Below, one piece after another: positions 54,663 to 62,740 of a DNA stretch of 64,000 bases. The notes under the pieces are model-generated. The model saw only the letters and a program-made list of their open reading frames with translations. It did not search any database and was not told where the DNA came from. Location: positions 1,472,001-1,536,000 of the forward strand of contig CAWIAD010000001.1 of NCBI GenBank assembly GCA_963833985.1, given 5' to 3'. Every line of letters begins with the position of its first letter. The first letter of the stretch is position 1. Made by a program: the position numbers and the translations under genes. This DNA is from an uncultured Planctomycetaceae bacterium. Lineage in GTDB: Bacteria > Planctomycetota > Planctomycetia > Isosphaerales > Isosphaeraceae.

Positions 54663-55910
54663 TTAGATTTCAGACAATCGCCGAGTCAAAAATCGCCGCT
54701 CGGGTTCCTGCCGGGCCAACAATAATGCCCGCTCATACGAGTGCTTCGCGTCGGACATTTTTCCGGAGCGCCGGCACAGCTCCGCCCGGGCCGCATGGGC
54801 ACGGTGATAATCCACCAGGTCTCCGCGATTGAGAATCGCATCGATCAGGACCAGCCCCGCTTCCGGTCCGTCCCGCATCGCGACCGCGACGGCTCGATTG
54901 AGCTCGACGACCGGCGATGAATGGATTCGCTGAAGTGCGGAGTAAAGCACGACAATCTGATTCCAGTCTGTCTCGGCGGCAGTGCCTGCCTGGGCATGAA
55001 TTGCCGCAATGGCAGCCTGGAGCGTGTACGCACCAAACTGTCGCGACCGAAGGGCTTGCTCGACCAGTGCCGTGCCCTCGGAAATCAGTTGATGGTCCCA
55101 AAGTGAGCGGTCCTGCTCTTCAAGCAGAATAATCTCACCGTCCTGGGAAACGCGTGCTTGCCTGCGCGATTCGTTGAGCAGCATCAAGGCCAGCAGCCCC
55201 TTGGCCTCCGGATCGGGAAGCAACTCGAGAAGTAACCGGCCCAGTCGAATCGCCTCGGCTGTGAGATCAACCCGTAAGAGCGAACCGCCCTGCGAGGCCG
55301 CATATCCTTCGCTGAACACCAGATAGATGGCGGAAAGTACCGCGTCCAGCCGTTCGGGCAGGTCCCCCAGAGACGGAACGACATAGGGAATCTGTTCGTC
55401 ACGAATCTTCGCCTTGCCGCGGACGATGCGCTGGGCCATCGTTGATTTGGAGGTCAAGAACGCGTGGGCGATCTCCTCGGTCGTCAGTCCGCAGACCTCG
55501 CGGAGCGTGAGCGGCACTTGCAGCTTTGGGTCGATGGCGGGATGACAGCACGTGAAGATCAGACGCAATCGATCGTCTTCGATCTCCGTGGCGGCCCGAG
55601 CCGCATTTTCATCGGCGACTTTGTCGACTCGCGAAGCGATTTCGGGGTGAAGTTCCTTCAGGCGGCCTTGCCGGCGAAGGGCATTGATCGCCTTGAATCT
55701 TCCCGTGGAGATCAACCAGGCTCGCGGATTTGCCGGCACCCCATCTCGTTGCCAGGTCTCCACGGCGGCTGCAAACGCCTCGTGCATGGCATCGTCCGCC
55801 AGATCAAAATCGTTCAGCAAGCGGACGAGCGAAGCGAACACGCGACGTGAGTCGGAGCGGTAGAGATCATCGATCCGGTCGCGGATTGTCACGGAGGCAT
55901 CGAGTTTCAT
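54663..55910 (-). CDS. ECF42-type sigma factor with C-terminal TPR (DUF6596) extension
   Basis: W..DGVPANPRAWL, DDRLRLIFTCCHPA, LTLREVCGLTTEEIA, QRIVRGK, YLVFSEGY, QDRSLWD, LNRAVA. Confidence 0.93.
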   Translation of the reverse strand: MKLDASVTIRDRIDDLYRSDSRRVFASLVRLLNDFDLADDAMHEAFAAAVETWQRDGVPANPRAWLISTGRFKAINALRRQGRLKELHPEIASRVDKVADENAARAATEIEDDRLRLIFTCCHPAIDPKLQVPLTLREVCGLTTEEIAHAFLTSKSTMAQRIVRGKAKIRDEQIPYVVPSLGDLPERLDAVLSAIYLVFSEGYAASQGGSLLRVDLTAEAIRLGRLLLELLPDPEAKGLLALMLLNESRRQARVSQDGEIILLEEQDRSLWDHQLISEGTALVEQALRSRQFGAYTLQAAIAAIHAQAGTAAETDWNQIVVLYSALQRIHSSPVVELNRAVAVAMRDGPEAGLVLIDAILNRGDLVDYHRAHAARAELCRRSGKMSDAKHSYERALLLARQEPERRFLTRRLSEI

Positions 55911-56095
55911 GTCGATCGTTTCACGCCAGCTTGACCGGGTCCGCGGTCCGTATCGACATTGGTCCAGACGGCCAGATTTTACCTGATTCTTTTCAGAATT
56001 TGAAATCCGCCGTGACAACAACCACTCCCAACAAAAGTTCAAATCCCGTCCTTGGTTGCGAATGCGACAGGCGACGGGATTTGTTGTTTCACGGA

Positions 56096-56117
56096 GTCGG
56101 GACGACTGGATTTGAAC
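56096..56117 (-). other. tRNA 3'-end fragment (Pro-like), att-type scar
   Basis: Minus strand GTTCAAATCCAGTCGTCCCGAC = T-loop plus acceptor 3' strand ending CCGA; followed by an 11-bp hairpin (56040-56050/56073-56083). Confidence 0.55.
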
Positions 56118-56306
56118 TCCGCGTGGCCGCCTACCTGAAGCCCTGTCCTGCTTCGGTCGGATCGACCGATGGCCGTTGTCAGAGGATGATCTTGATCGTA
56201 CGTTGTGGCCAGCTCGGCGTTGCTGACCCTGCAACCCAAGGGGCGAATTCTTGGTTCTGTCGTGGAAGTGACTGTGCAACCGGTAGTTTTGCTAGAGGTC
56301 AAGAAC

Positions 56307-56347
56307 GGAGACGACCGGGATCGAACCGGCAACCTCCTGGTTGCAAA
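56307..56347 (-). repeat. att-like 41-bp direct repeat of the tRNA-Ala 3' half
   Basis: Identical to 57555-57595; identity ends exactly at the 7-nt anticodon loop. Confidence 0.93.
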
Positions 56348-56425
56348 TACGGCGGTCGCAACAGTTGGAAGTTGTGCAGCAGAGCCTTGCCGGCAAGGCT
56401 CCACTCCATGACGCGAACTGAAAAC

Positions 56426-56788
56426 TCATCGCCACTGGTTCAGCACGTGAATCCGGTCGCGAATCCCAACCCCAGAAACTTCCAGCTTGGTGATCGCGGT
56501 TCCAATCCCGCGATCCGTCAGGTTGTGACGCGGGTCGTTGTCAAACCGGACGATCAGAATACCGGCATGGTGGCCCGCGGCAGCGATGACCAGGTCATGC
56601 AGGTCTTCGAAGTCTTCCGAATCCTGTGTGAGAACCGGGAGGCCCTGGGCAATCGCGAAGATGAGCACCCTCGCATCCGTAAAGGACCGTAGACTGACAT
56701 CCCCAGCGAGAACCGGATCGTGTCCCTGAGCCTGCAGCCTTGCAGCGAGTACGGGGCTGCTCATGTTCTCGTCGATCAGGAACCTCAT
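56426..56788 (-). CDS. DUF5615 PIN-like (VapC45/Mut7-C type) toxin
   Basis: MRFLIDENMS, LQAQGHD, D..VL..A, VLTQDSEDF, HAGIL. Confidence 0.88.
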   Translation of the reverse strand: MRFLIDENMSSPVLAARLQAQGHDPVLAGDVSLRSFTDARVLIFAIAQGLPVLTQDSEDFEDLHDLVIAAAGHHAGILIVRFDNDPRHNLTDRGIGTAITKLEVSGVGIRDRIHVLNQWR

Positions 56789-57078
56789 TCCGGGGTACGC
56801 CCGAGGAGGCCTCGCGCACGCAGTCTGGCCGCCTCGTGGTCACGCTCTTGCTCAATGAGCGGGCGATTTGCGGCGACATAATCGAGGGCCTCGAGGACCG
56901 CCTCCAGCGGAACCTGGTACTCCCGGGCATATTCTTCCGCACTCCGCGGTTCGGGCCCGTTGATGACCCCGTCGACCACCGCGGCCCGAATTCGCCGACC
57001 CTTCAAGAACAATGTCCGGTAATTCGAGCCGGGACGCGGCTCCAGGTGTTGATATTGTTTTTCGGTCTTGGTCGTCAT
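56785..57078 (-). CDS. DUF433-like antitoxin
   Basis: GRRIRA.VV..SAEEYAREYQVPLEAVLEALDY; ATGA overlap with the toxin. Confidence 0.8.
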   Translation of the reverse strand: MTTKTEKQYQHLEPRPGSNYRTLFLKGRRIRAAVVDGVINGPEPRSAEEYAREYQVPLEAVLEALDYVAANRPLIEQERDHEAARLRARGLLGRTPE

Positions 57079-57553
57079 GGTGCCTCCTTCGGTCGTGGCG
57101 TCCATCATACTTCCATCGGGGACCAGGGCGAAGCTTCGTCGAATTCTAGGCGACGCCAAACCGGCGGCAAAGCTGGGTCTCAGATTATCGCGAACGACAG
57201 TCAGGGTCTCATCGTTACGCTCGCCCCTGATCGAATGCCACACGCGGCGCCGCGGTGCATCAAGGCGCTCCTGTCGTGGCGCGCACCGGAGCGTGAACCG
57301 GTGGATTTGGCCGTGCCCGGCCGATAGCCCGTTTGAACCTACCCCGCCCTGGCTAAGAACTTACCGGGTTCAATCTCTACCATCTGGCGACCTGGAGATA
57401 GGAGAGCGCCTGGTAAACAACCAGGCTCTCTCCCGAACGAAAGAGCCCCAGAATTCAAGAGAAACTCCAAGAATCTGCGATCTTGCTGGTCAAATCTGAC
57501 AAGACATTCGCGGAGGCGACGTGATGTAACCAGAGAGATTATCTAGAGTTAAA

Positions 57554-57626
57554 TGGAGACGACCGGGATCGAACCGGCAACCTCCTGGTTGCAAACCAGG
57601 CGCTCTCCCAATTGAGCTACGTCCCC
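57554..57626 (-). tRNA. tRNA-Ala (TGC), CCA not encoded
   Basis: GGGGACGTAGCTCAATTGGGAGAGCGCCTGGTTTGCAACCAGGAGGTTGCCGGTTCGATCCCGGTCGTCTCCA folds as a cloverleaf; G3:U70 pair; A73. Confidence 0.97.
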
Positions 57627-57727
57627 GAGGTTTGTGGCAGTGGACCTGGCGGCCGGGGCGGCTTGCAGGTCCTTGATTGATGATAGCGGCACTCAGAGGC
57701 ATTGGCTAGGGCGAGTCCGCGTCGAGA

Positions 57728-59266
57728 TCAGCGAACTTTCATCCATTGTTCGACGGTCAGAATCGCCTGGGCGCGGGTGGAGCAGGGGAGCGCCTGCCAG
57801 TCGGGAACGGCACCCAGGGGGTTGCTGATTTCCTGGACCCATTGCTGGATCATCTGCGGCGACTGGCTCACCATCGCCGCCCGCTTCACCAGCCCGGTGG
57901 GCAGGGACTGCTGGTAGGTCGCGGCGTAATAGGGCATCGGATCGTAATTCTTCTGCTTCGCCAGCTTCTTGAGATAGCCTTCGATCGTGCGGTCAATCTT
58001 CACCAGGTCGTCGCCGAACGCCCGGCGGAACTCGGCCAGGTGCTCGTCGGGCGACCGCGGTTCCAGCGGAGGAAGCTGGCTCATCGTCCGCAGGTAGTTC
58101 ACGAAGTCATCCTGCCGCTTGAAGGCGAGGTAATGCGTCATCGCCCACGCGAGCGCATATTCGGTGGGAGTGAGATGCGTCCTGCGCACCAGCACCTCCA
58201 CCAGCGGCTTGCCCGGTTCGCGCACCGGAGCGCGGGACTGGGCGTCGTTGCCGCGGATCGCCAGTGAGAGTGGGTCCTCGAGCTCGCGAATCGTCGCCAT
58301 GTGCAGGCCGTTGATCATGCCGACCCCGTCCCAGGTCGGCCGGCCCCCCCTGCGCGAACTGCACGGGGTGGAACAGTACTCGGCCAGTCCCTCGATGAGC
58401 CAGATCGGCCAGGCGCTCAGGCGGGGATGCACACCGATGTTCTGAAGCACCTGGTGCGTTCCCTCGTGCACCACCGTCTGGGGCTTTCGCAGCGCGGAGA
58501 GCTCTGGTGCTTTCTCATCCCGCTCCGATTCCTCGAAGAAGTGAATGCGGTTGGTGTAGATCTCGTAGACCGCCTGAACCTCGGCATCAACCTGAATACT
58601 GGCCCGGAAGTCTCGCTCGCTGCGATAAATGACGGCGACCAGTGGGAACTCGGCCTCGTGCACGGGCACCTTGTGCTTGTGGAATGCGTCGAGCAGCCGC
58701 TTGTACAGGTCCTCCAGCCAGCGGCCGCTGGCCTGGGCGAACCCTTTGCTGGACTGGTAGAAGATCAGGTAGTGCCGGGTCTGGTAGACCTGGTAGCTGC
58801 CAAGCGGCCCTTTTTGCAGCCGCTCCAGCAATTCCTCGGCGGAGAACGGCTGGAATGGCTCGGCGGTGGGAACCAGCATGTTGGGGATGCCGATCTGACC
58901 GTCCGGCAGCATGAGCGCTGTGGTGCCGTCGTACTGGCCGTGTAACCGGGCCACGACCGGCTGTCCCAGGTTGTCACGGACCTTGTACCGCGGTGGTTCG
59001 ATTGTGTCCTGAGCGAGCGCGGCCGCCGGGGTCAGGCCCTGAACGGTGAGAACTGCCGACACGATGATGAGAGGCAAAAGCACGGCCCGCGTGGCGATTC
59101 CGCATCGCGCCCGCACTGGCCTCGCGTTACCCGCCGCGCGTACCCGTGGCGCAGCGACCGCCGCAACATGTCCGGCAGCTTCCGGAGCAGCGCAGCGAAT
59201 CGACCGGGGACGGCGACCCTTCGGGGATTCGCCCCTTCCGCCGCTCGTCATGACGACGGGTTGCAT
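57728..59266 (-). CDS. DUF1570-like zincin-motif protein (start uncertain)
   Basis: VVHEGTHQ..WPIWLIEGLAEY, YALAWAMTHYL; hydrophobic signal-like segment before AQD. Confidence 0.82.
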   Translation of the reverse strand: MQPVVMTSGGRGESPKGRRPRSIRCAAPEAAGHVAAVAAPRVRAAGNARPVRARCGIATRAVLLPLIIVSAVLTVQGLTPAAALAQDTIEPPRYKVRDNLGQPVVARLHGQYDGTTALMLPDGQIGIPNMLVPTAEPFQPFSAEELLERLQKGPLGSYQVYQTRHYLIFYQSSKGFAQASGRWLEDLYKRLLDAFHKHKVPVHEAEFPLVAVIYRSERDFRASIQVDAEVQAVYEIYTNRIHFFEESERDEKAPELSALRKPQTVVHEGTHQVLQNIGVHPRLSAWPIWLIEGLAEYCSTPCSSRRGGRPTWDGVGMINGLHMATIRELEDPLSLAIRGNDAQSRAPVREPGKPLVEVLVRRTHLTPTEYALAWAMTHYLAFKRQDDFVNYLRTMSQLPPLEPRSPDEHLAEFRRAFGDDLVKIDRTIEGYLKKLAKQKNYDPMPYYAATYQQSLPTGLVKRAAMVSQSPQMIQQWVQEISNPLGAVPDWQALPCSTRAQAILTVEQWMKVR

Positions 59267-59482
59267 GGCCAGCCTGGTCTCACGGATTCGTCTGAAAGAA
59301 TTCGTCGAGGGGAACGCGTTCAGTTTAGCAACGCGAGTCACCGCTGCAAAGCCTCTCGCCGAGAGCAACCCGCGTCCTGAACCCACGCGTGACGCCGGAG
59401 CATCCAGCGCAGTCCGCCGGAGTCCTCCTTCAGGCGCTACGCGGATCAGGCACCAAAGGTTCGGCAAGGCACGGGTCCCGGA

Positions 59483-61015
59483 TCAGGCGGCCACGGACTG
59501 AGACGACATGATGCGCACCTTGAAGCCGAGCGACCGGGCCAGGGCAAGCATCTCGCCGAAGATATCTCCATAGGCCACGGCGATGTGGTTACTCATGTAA
59601 TGCGCCATGATGGTGTCCATCGAGCAGCCCAGGTCGGCGGCCATGAACGGCCACTGCCGGGTGGTGCCGCGCCACCACGTCTCGCGCACGTCCTCGGGCA
59701 AGCTGACCGATTCGCCGCGCCCGACTCCATGACGGGCGCGCCGGTGTGATCCAGCCACGCCCTTGCCCAGGTGATCGAGCCGGCAAGGCTGAAGCCGGTG
59801 AATGTGCCGCCGGGCACGGGGAAATAGCCGGCGGGCTGGCGGTAGCTGTGCACGCCCTGGAGGCTCTTGACGTCGTGGTTGAACGCATAGGCGCCGCAGC
59901 TTCCGGAATTGAGCAGCACCCAGAGAAAGCGGCCGTCGTGGCGGGCGCCCCAGCGGACGTCGTGGAACATCACCGCGCCGGGGAGTCCCTTGGCCTCCAG
60001 CAGGCGCTTCATCGAGCTCCATGGGGATGAGGTTGCCCTGGTCGGCCTCGGTGCTGGTCATGACCGCGTGCCCGTTGCCCTCGGGGCGTGCGTGGGAGTT
60101 CAGCAGGCCCTCGGCGAAGTCGCTCGGGGGCAGCAACTTCAGCAGTCCGAGCTGGTACTGCCAGCCCAGGCAATCCGCCTTGAATTCGTCGAGCAGGTCG
60201 AGCACGGCCAGGTAGCACCGCAGTTGCTCCCGTGTGGACTGGACGGTGAAGTCGCTGGCGTCAGCCTCGTTCCAGTGAAACACCACGCCCTTCTCCTGCA
60301 CGAACCGCAGCGCCTGGTCCACCCGCGCGTCGTTGACGGTCTTGACCCGGTCGATGAGCCAGGCCTGGTCCACCTTGTGCTCGGAGAACCCCAGCTTGTA
60401 GAGCACTCTCGGGCCGAAGTAGCCATTGATCATGCCCATCGAGGTGTCGCCGAGCATGAGGGCGAGGATCCGCTTCTGGCGGATCGACGCCAGCACCCTG
60501 GCAGCCGTCGCCGCGGCGTCCGGGGAAACGGCTCCGAACTCATGCAGCTCGCTGGTGGAGTAGCGGATCTGGCCCGTGGAGCACCACTCATCGAGACGCT
60601 CCATGAAGTTTGTATCGGCCGTCCAGTCGGGGGCGTCGGTCCAGACGCGCGAGGCCTGGCGGCCGACGCTCTCCAGCGATGCGCCGGTGTTCAGCAATGC
60701 CACCAGCCCCGGCCAGGTGCCCGAGAAGTTCGACGCCAGCAGCAGCGGATTGTCCTTGCCGACGACTCCATCCACGGTGTGCGGGGCGTAGGTCCAGTGC
60801 ACGAAGACGCCCACCATCGGGTCGTCAATGGGGCCAAGGCGGGCAATGGCCTGGTCGGGACGTGTCAGGTAGTCGTCGATCAGATACGGCGTCCGGCCCA
60901 GCTTCTTGAGCGCGGCGGTGAGCTGGCCGGTCGTCTCGCGTGACTGCGCCAGCGCCCACTCGTTGGGCTTGGAACGGTAATCCCCGGGCCAGAAGATCGC
61001 GACTTTCTTGGACAT
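59483..61015 (-). CDS. L-fucose/L-arabinose isomerase-family protein; two compensating frameshifts (~60015 and ~59725)
   Basis: NFSGTWPGLV, SMGMING, GWQYQLGL, EADQG, NHIAVAYGD; the plausible middle segment (FHDVRWG..NSG..RQP..YFP.PGGT..TWAR) is in the 59593-60012 frame. Confidence 0.78.
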   Translation of the reverse strand: MSKKVAIFWPGDYRSKPNEWALAQSRETTGQLTAALKKLGRTPYLIDDYLTRPDQAIARLGPIDDPMVGVFVHWTYAPHTVDGVVGKDNPLLLASNFSGTWPGLVALLNTGASLESVGRQASRVWTDAPDWTADTNFMERLDEWCSTGQIRYSTSELHEFGAVSPDAAATAARVLASIRQKRILALMLGDTSMGMINGYFGPRVLYKLGFSEHKVDQAWLIDRVKTVNDARVDQALRFVQEKGVVFHWNEADASDFTVQSTREQLRCYLAVLDLLDEFKADCLGWQYQLGLLKLLPPSDFAEGLLNSHARPEGNGHAVMTSTEADQGNLIPMELDEAPAGGQGTPRRGDVPRRPLGRPPRRPLSLGAAQFRKLRRLCVQPRRQEPPGRAQLPPARRLFPRARRHIHRLQPCRLDHLGKGVAGSHRRARHGVGRGESVSLPEDVRETWWRGTTRQWPFMAADLGCSMDTIMAHYMSNHIAVAYGDIFGEMLALARSLGFKVRIMSSQSVAA

Positions 61016-61177
61016 GGCGCACCCAGATCAGGAGGAGAGTCACCTGTGGTCAGCGTTCAACCCAGAGTGTATATTGCCCGATCATTGCTTGCTATGCCCT
61101 GGCGATGCGGATATGCCAGTCGAGCAACTGCGTTCCGGCAAGCCAACCCGTTGGACACCGAGATCGAGACTGCGGCC

Positions 61178-62713
61178 ATGTATGACCTTGTGGTGATTGG
61201 CGGAGGCTCCGGGGGTTTGCACCTGGCCCTGATGACCGTGCGCGTCGGCGCCCGGGTCGCCCTGATTGACAAACGCCAGCCGGGAGCAAGCTGGATGGCG
61301 GCCTGCATCCCCAGCAAGGGGCTGGTTCAGGTGGCCCGGCTGCTCCGCCAGGTGCGCGGGGCCGGATCGTTTGGAGTCCATGTCGAGGCTCCCCGCGTCG
61401 AGATCTCGCAGGTCCTGAGCCGGCTCCAGACCCTCTCGAAGGAGTCGGCCGCGGAATTCAGCGACGAGAATCTCGTGGCACTGGGCATCGATGTATTCCA
61501 CGGGACCGCCGCATTTGAAGCCTACGACACGGTTGTGCTCGAGGACGGCCGGCGGGTGGAAGGTCAGCGTTTCGTGATCGCCACCGGGTCCCGGCCCGCG
61601 CCGGCGCGGATTCCGGGCTTGAGCGAGGCTGGCTCTCTCGACGAAACCTCGCTCTGGTCGCTGGATCAGGTTCCCGCGCGTCTCACCGTGATCGGCGGAG
61701 GCTCGATCGCCATCGAGTTCGCCCAGGTTTTCGCGCGGCTGGGATCCAGCGTCACCGTGCTCACGCCGGAGGAGCGGATACTCCCCCGCGAGGCCCCTGA
61801 GATTTCCGGCCATGTCGCCTGCATGCTCACCGGTGAAGGGATCACCATCCGGCGCAAGGCCGCCATCGAGAAGGTGGAGCAGCGCGGGAATGAGAAGATC
61901 TGCATCTTCCATGACGGCGACTCCGGGGGCAGCTCCGAGATCGCCGCGTCGCACATCCTGTGTGCGGGGCCGCGGCTGGCCAATATCGAGCACCTGAAGC
62001 TGGACGTCGTCGGGATCCACGCGGACCCGGAGCACGGCATCGAGGTCAACGATCTACTCCAGACGCATGCAGTACGGGTGTATGCCATCGGCGACGTGCT
62101 GCTGCGGAACCAGTACACGAACGCCGCGGAGGCCGAGGCCGAAGTGGCCTTCCAGAACGCCGTCCTGCACCGGCGCCGGAAGATGGACTACGCGAACCTT
62201 CCGTGGGCAACATTCCTCGATCCCGAGGTTGCTTCCGTCGGCCTGTCGGAAGCCCAGGCGGCCGCCGAGGAGATCGAGCACCAGGTCTTCCGCGTCAACT
62301 ACGCTGGGATCGACCGAGCACGGATCGACGGTCAGCCTGAGGGATTCGCCAAGGTCGTGGCCACGCCGATGGGCAAGATCCTGGGAGCAAGCATCCTGGG
62401 CGAACAGGCGAGCCTGGTCTTGCAGCAGCTCGTCGTGGCAATGGACGGCGGGCTCAGCCTGGGCGACCTGGCGGCCACGTCACAGGTCTATCCTTCCTAC
62501 GGGCAGGTGGTCCGTGCGCTCGGCGAGCAGTTCCGGGCGACCCGCCTTGAACGCGGGTTTTTCGCCTCGGCACTGCGGTTCTTCTATGGCTTCCAGCCGC
62601 GGGCAGGCCGCGCTGGCGGAGCCGCGCCGGCACTGGAGGGGAACGCACCGAACGGGGCTGGCGGCAACGCCGGTCTCGCGGCCCACGAGGCCATCGCGGC
62701 GCACGGCCACTGA
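61178..62713 (+). CDS. Pyridine nucleotide-disulphide oxidoreductase class I (dihydrolipoamide dehydrogenase/MerA-like)
   Basis: YDLVVIGGGSGG, CIPSK, IATGSRP, IGGGSIAIEFAQ, YAIGD, dimerisation domain. Confidence 0.9.
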   Translation: MYDLVVIGGGSGGLHLALMTVRVGARVALIDKRQPGASWMAACIPSKGLVQVARLLRQVRGAGSFGVHVEAPRVEISQVLSRLQTLSKESAAEFSDENLVALGIDVFHGTAAFEAYDTVVLEDGRRVEGQRFVIATGSRPAPARIPGLSEAGSLDETSLWSLDQVPARLTVIGGGSIAIEFAQVFARLGSSVTVLTPEERILPREAPEISGHVACMLTGEGITIRRKAAIEKVEQRGNEKICIFHDGDSGGSSEIAASHILCAGPRLANIEHLKLDVVGIHADPEHGIEVNDLLQTHAVRVYAIGDVLLRNQYTNAAEAEAEVAFQNAVLHRRRKMDYANLPWATFLDPEVASVGLSEAQAAAEEIEHQVFRVNYAGIDRARIDGQPEGFAKVVATPMGKILGASILGEQASLVLQQLVVAMDGGLSLGDLAATSQVYPSYGQVVRALGEQFRATRLERGFFASALRFFYGFQPRAGRAGGAAPALEGNAPNGAGGNAGLAAHEAIAAHGH

Positions 62714-62740
62714 GCGATCAGTCTGACTGGGTGCAGTGGA

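Noticed and set aside
57080..57553. Integrase remnant beside the tRNA
   Set aside because: No recognisable tyrosine or serine recombinase motifs in the ORFs provided.
61178..62713. Call as merA or lpdA
   Set aside because: No C-terminal Cys pair, no complete CxxxxC, no HPTxxE, and no mer or dehydrogenase-complex context.
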